A stretch of 61,910 nt of DNA, the filler included. It is 5 parts of 5 records of this genome, joined end to end, with 100 filler letters (N's around TTAATTAATTAA, not from the genome) between each part and the next. Parts side by side here need not be neighbours in the genome. Positions count along the whole stretch, not along the records: positions 1 to 19,656 come from SRR20825010_6796; 4 more parts are not named here. The stretch is one strand, 5' to 3'. Numbering within the stretch: the stretch's first letter is position 1; every line of letters begins with the position of its first letter. Of the stretch, positions 1 to 9,802 are shown piece by piece. The position numbers were made by a program, and so were the translations under genes. The notes beneath the pieces are model-generated. The model was not told the DNA's origin and did not search any database. It worked only from the letters and a program-made list of their open reading frames with translations.

Positions 1-1
1 G

Positions 2-811
2 ATGCAGATAACCAGTGCCATGAAAATGGTATCTGCGGCTAAGTTGAAGAAGGCTCAGGATGCCATTACCGCAATGCGTCCATATTCCGATAAATTGTCG
101 GAGCTTTTGCAAAGTCTTAGCGCTAGTTTGGATGCAGATTCCGGAAGCAAGTTTGCCGATAATCGTGAAGTAAAAAAGGTTTTGATCGTTGCCATTACCT
201 CCAACAGGGGTTTATGCGGCGCCTTCAACACGAACATCTTAAAACAAAGTGCTCTTTTGGCAAGGGAGACCTATGCTGGCAAACAGGTAGATTTTGTTGC
301 CATAGGTAAAAAGGCTAATGATATTTTAAAGAAAAAGAATAAGGTTATTGCAAACCACAGTGCGGTTTATGATGATTTAACGTTCGATAATGTAGCTGTT
401 ATTGCCGAGGAATTGATGGATCTGTTTACCACAGGGGCATACGATAAGATTGAAATTGTATATAACAAATTCAAAAATGCCGCTACCCAAATAGTAATGA
501 CAGAGCAATTCTTGCCAATTGTTCCCGTAGAAGGTGAAACCAATTCGGCAGCCGATTATATTTTTGAACCTTCCAAGGCCGAGATTGTGGAACAGTTGAT
601 TCCAAAATCATTAAAGACACAGTTGTATAAGGGGGTGCGTGATTCGTTTGCTAGTGAACATGGTGCCCGTATGACTGCTATGCACAAGGCAACGGACAAT
701 GCAACTGAGTTGAGAAATCAGTTGAAACTTACCTATAACAAAGCAAGACAAGCTGCCATCACCGGCGAGATCCTTGAAATTGTTGGTGGAGCTGAGGCCC
801 TGAACAACTAG
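2..811 (+). CDS. atpG: ATP synthase F1 gamma subunit (5'-truncated at window start)
   Basis: QITSAMKMVSAAKL, TSNRGLCGAFN and ASEHGARMTAMHKATDNA...YNKARQAAITGEILEI motifs of F1 gamma. Confidence 0.98.
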   Translation: MQITSAMKMVSAAKLKKAQDAITAMRPYSDKLSELLQSLSASLDADSGSKFADNREVKKVLIVAITSNRGLCGAFNTNILKQSALLARETYAGKQVDFVAIGKKANDILKKKNKVIANHSAVYDDLTFDNVAVIAEELMDLFTTGAYDKIEIVYNKFKNAATQIVMTEQFLPIVPVEGETNSAADYIFEPSKAEIVEQLIPKSLKTQLYKGVRDSFASEHGARMTAMHKATDNATELRNQLKLTYNKARQAAITGEILEIVGGAEALNN

Positions 812-883
812 ACGCTATTTAGGCGTTGAACATATAAGTTTTAAATAAAATTCCTGTCGTTATGGATAGGTTTTAAAACATAG

Positions 884-908
884 AACCCCACTATATTGTG
901 GGGTTTTT
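884..908 (+). terminator. Intrinsic terminator after atpG
   Basis: AACCCCAC-tatatt-GTGGGGTT stem-loop followed by a T run. Confidence 0.75.
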
Positions 909-923
909 ATATTTATGGAGTTA

Positions 924-953
924 TTTGTCGCATAAGCTAATTAACTAACTTTG
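924..953 (+). promoter_or_regulatory. Bacteroidota housekeeping promoter (-33 TTTG / -7 TAnnTTTG) for the flippase-dut operon
   Basis: TTTG at 924-927 and TAACTTTG at 946-953, upstream of the TTG start at 1001. Confidence 0.6.
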
Positions 954-1000
954 CCCGCATTGATTAAATGCCTAATTTTAAAGCTAATTCATAGATTTCT

Positions 1001-2464
1001 TTGAATCCACTTAAAAAACTATTTAAACAGACGTTTATCTATGGCTTAGCTACGGTATTGCCCCGAATGCTATCGTTTCTTTTAACGCCCTTATATGTAA
1101 CTGTTCTTCCCACAGATGGATATGGGGAGGTTTCCATTATTTTTGCTTGGTTTGCTATTTTTAATGTGCTGCTTGCATATGGCATGGAAACTGCCTTTTT
1201 TCGTTTTTACAACGATACCTCTCTAAATAAGAAAACCGTTGTTACCACTTCCTTAATTTCCATTGGGGTCTCTTCCTTTATATTCATGCTGTTAGCTTTT
1301 ATGTTTAAGGGAACCATTTCATCAATAAGTGATATAGATCCCCAATTTATCACCTATGCCATATTGATCCTTGTTTTGGATGCTTTGGTAATTATTCCGT
1401 TTTCCTGGTTAAGGGCCAATGAAAAACCTATGCGCTATGCTTTGGTCAAAATTGCCAATGTGGTTATCAACTTAGGACTCAATTGTTTTTTCTTATTGAT
1501 TCTTCCGATTATGGCGGAAAGTAATCCAGATTCGTTTTTAAGCGGTCTCTACAAGCCCAACTTTGAGATCTCCTACATATTCATCTCTATGTTGATAGCG
1601 AGTGGCATAACCCTCCTTTTGATGTTGCGGCTATATTTAAGAAGGCCCTACATCTTCGACAGGTTTATATGGACCAACATGATGAAATACGCTGCCCCTG
1701 TTTTAATAGCCGGTATTGCCTTTACCATCAATGAAGTATTTGATAGGATTATGTTAGATTGGCTTTTGCCAAATGATATTGCCGAGAGTGAGATTGGGAA
1801 ATATTCTGCCTGCTATAAACTTACCTTGTTCATGACACTCTTTGCAACGGCTTTTAGGATGGGAATAGAACCTTTCTTTTTTAGTCACTCCAAAAGTGAT
1901 AACCCCCAAAGGGCCTATGCACAGATCACCAATTATTTCGTGATCTTGGGAAGCGTTATATTACTTTCTGTTGTGGTCTATGCGGATGTCCTCAAACTAT
2001 TCATTGTTCCCAATTCGGATTATTGGGAGGCCATGTCTGTGGTGCCCATAATTATTTTGGCAAGTTTTTGTCTTGGAATCTATCACAATCTATCGGTATG
2101 GTATAAGGTAACGGACCGTACAAAATTTGGGGCTTATATCTCCCTGATAGGAGCGGTATTAACGATAATTATTAATTATGCATTTATTCCCTATTTCGGA
2201 TATGTGGCCTCTGCAGTGGCTACTTTGGTAGCTTATGGCTCCATGGTTATCCTTTCCTTCTTTTTTGGCAGAATGTATTACCCTATACCTTACAATCACA
2301 GAAAAATAATTTTTTATCTAGTGGTTTCCATCTCATTTTCCATGCTATCTTTTTACGCTTTCAATCGTAATTTGATTATTGGCAGTATATTATTTATTAT
2401 ATTTTTGGGTATGGTATATAGGCTTGAAAGTGATAAGTTAAAACAAATATTTCTAAGAAAATGA
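1001..2464 (+). CDS. Oligosaccharide flippase / polysaccharide biosynthesis protein (Wzx-like, MOP superfamily)
   Basis: 487 aa, many TM segments, N-terminus [27 protein letters not shown] motif. Confidence 0.85.
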   Translation: MNPLKKLFKQTFIYGLATVLPRMLSFLLTPLYVTVLPTDGYGEVSIIFAWFAIFNVLLAYGMETAFFRFYNDTSLNKKTVVTTSLISIGVSSFIFMLLAFMFKGTISSISDIDPQFITYAILILVLDALVIIPFSWLRANEKPMRYALVKIANVVINLGLNCFFLLILPIMAESNPDSFLSGLYKPNFEISYIFISMLIASGITLLLMLRLYLRRPYIFDRFIWTNMMKYAAPVLIAGIAFTINEVFDRIMLDWLLPNDIAESEIGKYSACYKLTLFMTLFATAFRMGIEPFFFSHSKSDNPQRAYAQITNYFVILGSVILLSVVVYADVLKLFIVPNSDYWEAMSVVPIIILASFCLGIYHNLSVWYKVTDRTKFGAYISLIGAVLTIIINYAFIPYFGYVASAVATLVAYGSMVILSFFFGRMYYPIPYNHRKIIFYLVVSISFSMLSFYAFNRNLIIGSILFIIFLGMVYRLESDKLKQIFLRK

Positions 2465-2895
2465 CTATAAAGATCATCAATAAATCTGTTCATCCCTTGC
2501 CCAACTACGAAACCTTGGCTTCTGCGGGGATGGATCTTAGGGCCAATCTAACAGAATCCATTGTATTGCAACCCATGGAAAGAACCATAGTAAAGACTGG
2601 TCTTTTTCTGGAGCTTCCAATAGGTTTTGAAGCTCAGGTGAGACCAAGAAGTGGGTTGGCGGCGAAAAAGGGAATTACTGTTCTAAATGCTCCTGGCACG
2701 GTTGATGCTGATTACAGAGGTGAAGTAGGGGTAATATTGATAAATCTTTCCACGGAGGCTTTCACAATAGAAAACGGGGAGCGTATAGCCCAATTGGTTA
2801 TTGCCAAGCACGAAAGGGCAGAGTGGGACTTGGTCGAGGAGCTTTCCGAAACCTCAAGGGGCGAGGGGGGATTTGGGAGTACAGGGTTAAAATAA
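2461..2895 (+). CDS. dut: dUTP diphosphatase
   Basis: [29 protein letters not shown] and [10 protein letters not shown] motifs. Confidence 0.98.
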   Translation: MTIKIINKSVHPLPNYETLASAGMDLRANLTESIVLQPMERTIVKTGLFLELPIGFEAQVRPRSGLAAKKGITVLNAPGTVDADYRGEVGVILINLSTEAFTIENGERIAQLVIAKHERAEWDLVEELSETSRGEGGFGSTGLK

Positions 2896-3074
2896 AACCT
2901 TGGCATAAACAGGGTGGGCTCTGGCATTATCACTAATTTTATGAAGGTTTTGGTTGTCTTTTTATTCTGCCATAAGAATCTGTTAGAATAGAAGTAATTT
3001 TGGGACAATCCAATATTGGGTCTGAAATTGCGTAGGATTTAGGGTTTATTTTCCTATAAAAAGGAATTTGTAAT

Positions 3075-4007
3075 ATGAAAAGGAGGGGCTACATTTTTAT
3101 TTTCGCCTTGGGGCTAGTTTTAATCCCAGTACCTAGTTATGCCCAAGAAGATGAATTTAAGGAAGAGGAGAGTTCGGAGGTTTTTTTGGAGGAATATACC
3201 GATGAGTTTCAGGAAAAATTCTTTGAGGCGTTAAAACAGAAGGGAATTGAAAACTACGATAGGGCAGTTAACCTACTCTTGGAATGTAAACGCTTGGACC
3301 CCAATAACTCTGTATTGGACCATGAACTGGCCAAGGCCTATTTGGCTTCCAAACAAGTTGTTTTGGCTCAGCAATATGGTATTTCGGCCTTGAATGCCAG
3401 GCCGGATAATCTGTGGGTATTGAATACCTTGGTAGATATTACGCAACGCCAAGGGTTGGGCTTGGATTTGATAAAGGATAAGATCCCTTATAGTAATGCC
3501 AAGCTCCAAGAAAATCTTGCTTTGATCTATTTTAGACAGGAAAACTACGAAAGTGCCTTGAAAATACTTAACGGTATGAAAATTTCGGCATTTTCCAAAG
3601 ATCTTTCCTCGAGAATACAAAACCACATCAAGAGCAGGGAAAATACTGAAATTCAAAAGGATTCAATTATTGTGGAGGTCCAAGAAGAAAGCCCCATGGA
3701 TAATTATCTAACCAATATTTCTGGCTTTTTGGAAAAGAGCGACTTTAAAAGTGCGGCATCCTTAAGTGAGGAGGCCTTGGAGAATTTCCCTGCACAGCCA
3801 TATTTTTATTACACATACGGACTTAGTTTAAATAAGGTGAAGAAACATAAGGAGGCCATTGCCATATTGGAGTCTGGATTGGACTATTTATTGGACGATG
3901 CTGATCTAGCCAATAAGATGTACAAAGAATTGGTTGATGCTAACAATGCTTTGGGAAATTCTTCCAAAGCAAATATGTATCTTAGTAAATTAAAATCCGG
4001 GTCGTAA
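3075..4007 (+). CDS. Exported tetratricopeptide-repeat protein
   Basis: Signal peptide (…PSYA/Q), helical TPR-like repeats, position before DUF4292/EnvC. Confidence 0.75.
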   Translation: MKRRGYIFIFALGLVLIPVPSYAQEDEFKEEESSEVFLEEYTDEFQEKFFEALKQKGIENYDRAVNLLLECKRLDPNNSVLDHELAKAYLASKQVVLAQQYGISALNARPDNLWVLNTLVDITQRQGLGLDLIKDKIPYSNAKLQENLALIYFRQENYESALKILNGMKISAFSKDLSSRIQNHIKSRENTEIQKDSIIVEVQEESPMDNYLTNISGFLEKSDFKSAASLSEEALENFPAQPYFYYTYGLSLNKVKKHKEAIAILESGLDYLLDDADLANKMYKELVDANNALGNSSKANMYLSKLKSGS

Positions 4008-4011
4008 ATCT

Positions 4012-4797
4012 ATGAAATACAGTTTTAAAAGACTTCAAAAATGGGCAATTCTTGGCATTTTTGTGGTATTGGTGTTTTCGTGTAAGTCCACTAGCGTAAT
4101 TAAAAGCGGTACTGTGGATGAAAATTTGACCGCAAAAGCGGTCATAAGAAACCACTATTACTCCCATTTTAATTTTAAGACCCTAAGTGGAAAGATGAGG
4201 ATAGATTATTCCGACGGGGAGAGCACACAAAGCGTTAGTGTAAGTTTTAGGATGGAAAAGGATAAGGCCATATGGTTAAGCGCGCCCTTGGGAATCGTAA
4301 AAGCCTACATTACTCCAGATAGGGTTTCGTTCTATAATAAGTTGGACAATGAGTATTTTGATGGTAATTTTTCCTATTTGAGTCAATTATTGGGAACCGA
4401 CCTTAATTTTCAAAAAGTACAAAACCTTCTTTTGGGAGAACCTCTTTTCGATTTACGGGATGAAAAGTATATGGTGGATATCGCCAACAACAACTATCAG
4501 TTAAAACCAAAAAAGGCTGGGGATTTATTTAAAACATTGTTTCAAATAGAGCCTTTGAATTATAGAATGGCCACGCAACAGTTGTCGCAGCCATGGGAGA
4601 AACGATTGTTGGAAATCAACTATAAGACCTATCAAAAGGTTAATAAATGGGTCTTGCCTGGGGAGATAGATATTCTGGCCGTTGATGGGGAGAACACCAA
4701 TAATATTAAGGTAGAATTTAGGAATATGGAGTTCAATAGGGCATTGAATTTCCCATATAATATACCAAATGGTTTCAAAGAAATTGTATTAAATTAA
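4012..4797 (+). CDS. DUF4292 domain lipoprotein
   Basis: Lipobox VFSC-K; RMEKDKAIWLS…YITPDRVSFYNK…QNLLLG pattern; conserved context. Confidence 0.8.
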   Translation: MKYSFKRLQKWAILGIFVVLVFSCKSTSVIKSGTVDENLTAKAVIRNHYYSHFNFKTLSGKMRIDYSDGESTQSVSVSFRMEKDKAIWLSAPLGIVKAYITPDRVSFYNKLDNEYFDGNFSYLSQLLGTDLNFQKVQNLLLGEPLFDLRDEKYMVDIANNNYQLKPKKAGDLFKTLFQIEPLNYRMATQQLSQPWEKRLLEINYKTYQKVNKWVLPGEIDILAVDGENTNNIKVEFRNMEFNRALNFPYNIPNGFKEIVLN

Positions 4798-4798
4798 T

Positions 4799-6043
4799 AT
4801 GGGAAGTAAGCACTCTTATATAGTTTATTTTCTTTTAGTTATGTTTGTTGGTATTGGCAATATTGCAATTGCTCAGACCAATGAACAGAAGGCATTGGAA
4901 TCCAAGCGGGAACAACTCCAAAAGGAAATATCGGAAATTAATCGACTCTTGTTCGCGGAGAAAAAGGAGAAGGGCAATGTCTTGGAGCAGATGGAGGCCA
5001 TGGATCAAAAAATAAATGTTCGCCAACAATTGATCCGTGTTACCAACCAACAGTCCAACTTGCTTAATAGGCAGATAAACACGAATGTGAGGAACATTGG
5101 AAAACTGCGTAACGATCTTGCTTTTCTTAAGGAAGAATACGGGAATATGATCCAAAAGTCCTATCAGAATAAATCCAGACAGAGTAGATTAATGTTTCTT
5201 TTGTCCTCCGAGAATTTTCTACAGGCTTTTAAGCGGTTTCAGTATATGAAACAATATACCCAATACAGAAAGGAACAGGGCGAGCAAATTGTGGCCAAAA
5301 CGGACGAGCTTACCCAATTGAACAAAGACCTTTCCGAACAGCGTAAGGAAAAGGACAAACTTGTGGCGGAAAATACCCAGATCAAAAATCAATTATACAA
5401 GGAAATCCAATCCCAAAAGGAATTGCTGAAGAGTATAAGGAAGAACGAAAGCAAATATGCTACGGCCATTGAAAATAAAAAGAAGGAGGCCAAACGGATC
5501 GATGAACAAATTGAAAGATTGATTCGCAGTGCTATTGCCGCCTCTAACAGAGAGGCTAGTAAGTCCAGCAGTTCAACCGTCACAAGTAGTAGTAAGTTCG
5601 TTTTGACTCCAGAGGCTACTATTGTAGCCAATAATTTCTCGGCCAATAAGGGAAAATTGATCTGGCCGGTGGAAAAGGGAATTAAAAGACAGGGTTTTGG
5701 TGTTTATAATGACGCCGTTTATCCAGGGATAAAGCACGAAAGCAATGGGGTAATCATTGCCACGGATGAGGGATCCAAGGCAAGGGCTATCTTTGAAGGG
5801 GAAGTTATCGCCATTCTGTCTGTTCCTGGGGGGAATAAGGGAGTACAGATTAAGCATGGAAATTATATAAGTACCTATTACAATCTTTCCAGAGTTTATG
5901 TAAAGAAAGGGGATAAGGTAAACACCAAGTCGGATTTGGGGGATATTTACACCAGCAAATCCAGCGGCACTACCCAATTAAAATTTTATCTTTACAAGGA
6001 TACAACCCGCCTTAATCCTGAGGAATGGATATATCAACTATAA
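4799..6043 (+). CDS. Murein hydrolase activator EnvC family (coiled coil + degenerate M23 domain)
   Basis: Signal peptide, long coiled coil, FSANKGKLIWPV then an M23 fold lacking HxxxD/HxH (SNGVII, STYYNL). Confidence 0.88.
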   Translation: MGSKHSYIVYFLLVMFVGIGNIAIAQTNEQKALESKREQLQKEISEINRLLFAEKKEKGNVLEQMEAMDQKINVRQQLIRVTNQQSNLLNRQINTNVRNIGKLRNDLAFLKEEYGNMIQKSYQNKSRQSRLMFLLSSENFLQAFKRFQYMKQYTQYRKEQGEQIVAKTDELTQLNKDLSEQRKEKDKLVAENTQIKNQLYKEIQSQKELLKSIRKNESKYATAIENKKKEAKRIDEQIERLIRSAIAASNREASKSSSSTVTSSSKFVLTPEATIVANNFSANKGKLIWPVEKGIKRQGFGVYNDAVYPGIKHESNGVIIATDEGSKARAIFEGEVIAILSVPGGNKGVQIKHGNYISTYYNLSRVYVKKGDKVNTKSDLGDIYTSKSSGTTQLKFYLYKDTTRLNPEEWIYQL

Positions 6044-6055
6044 TATAATTTAAAA

Positions 6056-6892
6056 TTGAAAAATTTAACGGATTTAAAAGGAACTTTTACGCTTCATAAT
6101 GGCGTGGAGATGCCCTATTTTGGTTTAGGGGTTTATTTGTCCGAAGATGGAAAGGAAGTGACCAATGCCGTAAAATGGGCGTTGGATGATGGATATCGAC
6201 ATATAGACACTGCATCGGTTTACGGGAATGAAGAGGGTGTGGGCATTGGGATCAAGGAAAGTGGCGTGGACCGCAAGGACATATTTGTGGTGAGCAAGGT
6301 GTGGAATAGCGATCAGGGCTATGAAAGTACCATAAAGTCATATGAATCCAGTTTAAAGCGCTTGAATTTGGACTATTTGGACCTGTACCTAGTACATTGG
6401 CCTGTAAAGGGAAAGTATAAGGAGACTTGGCGTGCAATGGAATATTTGTACAAGCATAGGGGAGTAAGGGCTATTGGAGTAAGTAATTTTATGCAGCATC
6501 ATCTCGAGGATTTACTAACTTCCTCGGAAATAGTCCCAATGGTGAACCAAATGGAATTTCACCCCTATTTGGTACAACAGGAATTGATCGATTTTTGTAA
6601 TAAAAATACCATTCAGTATGAAGCCTGGTCCCCATTGATGCAGGGGTATATCTTTGAATTGGACATTATGAAGGACCTAGCGGAAAAATACAATAAGACC
6701 ATTGCCCAGATTGTACTGCGCTGGGATTTGCAAAAAGGGGTTGTTACCATTCCAAAATCTGCAAAAAAGGAACGGATTAGGGCCAATGCCGATGTTTTCG
6801 ACTTTGAACTTACCGACGGGGATGTAAAAAAATTGGAGCAATTGGACCGTGGAAAAAGATTTGGTCCCGATCCCAATAATTTCGATTTTTAA
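6056..6892 (+). CDS. Aldo/keto reductase
   Basis: GYRHIDTASVYGNE, LDYLDLYLVHWP, IGVSNF, IPKS motifs. Confidence 0.95.
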   Translation: MKNLTDLKGTFTLHNGVEMPYFGLGVYLSEDGKEVTNAVKWALDDGYRHIDTASVYGNEEGVGIGIKESGVDRKDIFVVSKVWNSDQGYESTIKSYESSLKRLNLDYLDLYLVHWPVKGKYKETWRAMEYLYKHRGVRAIGVSNFMQHHLEDLLTSSEIVPMVNQMEFHPYLVQQELIDFCNKNTIQYEAWSPLMQGYIFELDIMKDLAEKYNKTIAQIVLRWDLQKGVVTIPKSAKKERIRANADVFDFELTDGDVKKLEQLDRGKRFGPDPNNFDF

Positions 6893-7401
6893 TCCATGAA
6901 TAAAGCCTTGAGTTCGGTTGCATCTTTGGGTTTCATCTTGCCGGCGAGCACTAAACTTAGCTGCTTTCTACGCAGGGCGGCTTCAAAACGTTGAATCTCC
7001 AAGTCGGTCTCTGGCTTTAATTCTGGAACCGTAGTAGGCTTTCCACTATCGTCCACAGCCACAAAGGTGTAGATAGCCTCATTTACCTTAGATTTCTCGC
7101 CGTTAAACCGGTCTTCCATCCAAACATCTATAAATACCTCCATGGAGGTCCTGAAGGCTCTGGAAACGGCTGCCTCTACCGTGACCACGCTTCCTACTGG
7201 AACAGCTTGGTTAAAGGCTACATGGTTTACCGAAGCAGTAACTGTTATACGTCTACTGTGGCGCCTGGCGGCAATACTGGCGGCACGGTCCATTCTGGCC
7301 AACAATTCGCCTCCAAACAAGTTGTTCAAAGGGTTGGTTTCACTTGGAAGGACCATATCGGTCATTAAGGTGCGCGATTCACTGGGCGTCTTTGGCTCCA
7401 T
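6889..7401 (-). CDS. Acyl-CoA thioesterase (HotDog, YciA-like)
   Basis: TNPLNNLFGGELLARMD…VTASV…YTFVAVD. Confidence 0.93.
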   Translation of the reverse strand: MEPKTPSESRTLMTDMVLPSETNPLNNLFGGELLARMDRAASIAARRHSRRITVTASVNHVAFNQAVPVGSVVTVEAAVSRAFRTSMEVFIDVWMEDRFNGEKSKVNEAIYTFVAVDDSGKPTTVPELKPETDLEIQRFEAALRRKQLSLVLAGKMKPKDATELKALFMD

Positions 7402-7415
7402 ACATTTCTTTTGGG

Positions 7416-7423
7416 CAAAGATA
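7416..7423 (-). promoter_or_regulatory. Bacteroidota -7 box for the thioesterase gene
   Basis: TATCTTTG on the minus strand, 14 nt upstream of the ATG. Confidence 0.6.
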
Positions 7424-7458
7424 CATTGCTAATATTAAGCTAAAAAGGAGAGTAAGAA

Positions 7459-8409
7459 TTATTTTACGGAACGCAACCAAGCCTCTGGCGATTCGGACTG
7501 CTTAATTTTCCTTAAATAATTTAGGGCTTCCTTGGCATCGTCAAAACTGCCATAGGCTACCATATGTAGTCCATATTGGTTAACACCAAGATAAGAGGCA
7601 TCGTATCCTTTTTCTTTAAGTTGAAGGACTTTCTTTTCGGCATTTTCCTGAATTCTAAAAGCTCCGGCTATAACTTGGTGCACACCACCACTTTTTTTGT
7701 TGGTGATGACATTTAGGGATACTGCAGGCAATTCCAAGGGAGCGGTATTGAAAAAGGTCGCTTCCTGGATATTTTTGGAAACTTGTTGATTCGCTTCCTG
7801 CCTTACCAACTCTTGGTCGTACACTTTCTCGTTATAAAGTCGGTAGCCGGTAAAACCTGTGGCAATGGCCAATAGTATTACCGCTGCATACTTTAAATAA
7901 GGCCTAAGGGTAGATTCCTTCCTAGCCTCAGGGGTAATCATAAATGGAATTTTCTCTTCCAGTTCAATCACTTCCTCCTTTAAAACTTCCCTAGAAATTG
8001 GGGTAGACACAAATGTGGACAATCCAAAGGACGAGGTAAGATAATTTACTTGGTACGAAGGCTGAAACTGGGTTTTTCCTTCTTTGTTCAACCATAACTC
8101 ACCTATGTTGGGAAGATTCAATCTATTTCCTTCCTTAAGAAGTTTTTTCCACTTAAGGGACACGGCGGCTATTTGCTTTTGCATGTCCTCATAGGACATT
8201 TTTTCGGCATCGGCCATGTAGGAAACCAACAGTCCGTCATTGGAAGTCAGTTGTTCGTTAAAAGATATTACTTTCGAAGGAGGGTAGAACGAATTCGATG
8301 CATCATTGATAACGGCAGATTTAAGCTGTGTCAAAAAAGCACCAAATTCCGGCACCATTACACAATTGTATCTATAAAGCAGCTCCGCTATGTAATGTTC
8401 GGTTCCCAT
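7459..8409 (-). CDS. HU-CCDC81 domains + TM helix + SPOR domain protein
   Basis: N-terminus YIAELLYRYNCVMVPEFGAF…DGLLVSY; TM YAAVILLAIATGFTGY; C-terminal SPOR (VIAGAFRIQENAEK…AWL). Confidence 0.85.
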   Translation of the reverse strand: MGTEHYIAELLYRYNCVMVPEFGAFLTQLKSAVINDASNSFYPPSKVISFNEQLTSNDGLLVSYMADAEKMSYEDMQKQIAAVSLKWKKLLKEGNRLNLPNIGELWLNKEGKTQFQPSYQVNYLTSSFGLSTFVSTPISREVLKEEVIELEEKIPFMITPEARKESTLRPYLKYAAVILLAIATGFTGYRLYNEKVYDQELVRQEANQQVSKNIQEATFFNTAPLELPAVSLNVITNKKSGGVHQVIAGAFRIQENAEKKVLQLKEKGYDASYLGVNQYGLHMVAYGSFDDAKEALNYLRKIKQSESPEAWLRSVK

Positions 8410-8513
8410 AGGGACAAAGATTATAAAAAATACACAAGTTCAAAACTCTTCACATAACTTTTTATTAACATTATAATTTATGTATTTTGTGAACAACTAA
8501 GCCGGTTCCATAA

Positions 8514-9617
8514 ATGACTAGAGATGAAATAATTGCTATTCTTCGTTTGCAGAACGTTCCGAATATTGGTGACGTTACCGCAAAAAAATTAATATCCAGT
8601 TGTGGGAGTCCTTCGGCCATTTTTGAGGAAAAAATGACTCGTTTGAAAAAGTTGGATGGTATTGGTTCCGGGATCTTAAAAGGACTTATGGATCTGGAGC
8701 ATTTGGAGGCCGCTGAATTGGAATATGAGTTTATTAGGAGTCAGGAAATAAACCTTCATTATTTTATGGAGGACGGTTATCCCGCTTATTTAAAACATTG
8801 TATAGATAGTCCTATTTTACTTTTCAGTCAGGGGAACATAGATTTGAACCGCAGGAGGATCATAAGTATTGTTGGTACCAGAAATATTACCAGTTATGGC
8901 ACTTCATTTTGCGAGCAATTAATAGAGGACTTGGCACCATTGGATCCAATTATTGTTAGTGGGTTTGCCTACGGGGTGGATATTTGTGTACAGAGGGCAG
9001 CCGTGAAACATGGGTTACAAACTATTGGATGCCTGGCCCATGGGTTGAATCAGATTTATCCAAAAATACATGAAAAATATGTGCCCGATATAAATAAAAA
9101 TGGTGGTTTTTTCACTGAATTTTGGAGCACGAGTCAACCTGATAGGGAAAATTTTTTAAAGCGAAATCGGATTATTGCTGGTATGGGCGAAGCTACTATT
9201 GTAGTGGAATCCGCTGAAAAAGGGGGTAGTCTGGTTACCGCAGATATAGCCAACAGTTATAATCGAGATGTTTTTGCCGTACCTGGAAGAACCCAGGATA
9301 AGTACAGCAGTGGATGCAATAATCTCATTAAACATCAGAAAGCACAAATGCTTACCTCGGCCGCCGACTTGATCTATATGATGGGCTGGGAATTGGAAGA
9401 AAAGGAGCCCGTTTCCATTCAAAAGCAACTATTTGTAGATTTGGACGATACCGAGAAGGAAATCTATGATTATCTGCAGCAGGGGGGGAAACAAATGCTG
9501 GACCTTATTGCATTGGACTGTAAGTTGCCCATATTTAAGGTTTCCTCTACCCTCTTGAATATGGAAATGAAGGGAGTAGTGAGGCCACTTCCAGGTAAAT
9601 TGTTCGAGGCTATCTAA
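8514..9617 (+). CDS. dprA: DNA-processing protein DprA
   Basis: IVGTR, IVSGFAYGVD, FLKRNRIIAG, VVESAEKGGSLVTA, DVFAVPG, C-terminal winged helix. Confidence 0.97.
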   Translation: MTRDEIIAILRLQNVPNIGDVTAKKLISSCGSPSAIFEEKMTRLKKLDGIGSGILKGLMDLEHLEAAELEYEFIRSQEINLHYFMEDGYPAYLKHCIDSPILLFSQGNIDLNRRRIISIVGTRNITSYGTSFCEQLIEDLAPLDPIIVSGFAYGVDICVQRAAVKHGLQTIGCLAHGLNQIYPKIHEKYVPDINKNGGFFTEFWSTSQPDRENFLKRNRIIAGMGEATIVVESAEKGGSLVTADIANSYNRDVFAVPGRTQDKYSSGCNNLIKHQKAQMLTSAADLIYMMGWELEEKEPVSIQKQLFVDLDDTEKEIYDYLQQGGKQMLDLIALDCKLPIFKVSSTLLNMEMKGVVRPLPGKLFEAI

Positions 9618-9802
9618 ATAATGACAGACCTATTGGTTTCTTTATTCAAAAATTAGCGCTGGAGTTAGGGGAATGTGGTCGCTTATCGATAAAAGGCCAC
9701 TGCAAATCCTTGATTTTGAACCATGGACCTAAACCATGAATAGCCCAAACCGACTGGATGGTATATTGATGTAATAAAAGCGCTAAGGACAGTCTTTGTG
9801 AA

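Noticed and set aside
2896-3074. Gap between dut and the TPR gene as a pseudogene remnant (I recall a nucleotidyltransferase at this position in some relatives)
   Set aside because: No recognisable coding remnant in the 179 nt; cannot be verified without a comparison
9653-9786. TTAGCGCT…AGCGCTAA inverted pair with an internal GTGGTC…GGCCAC stem between dprA and the convergent gene (MITE or ncRNA?)
   Set aside because: Only 8 bp, six of them self-palindromic; single copy; no target-site duplication seen
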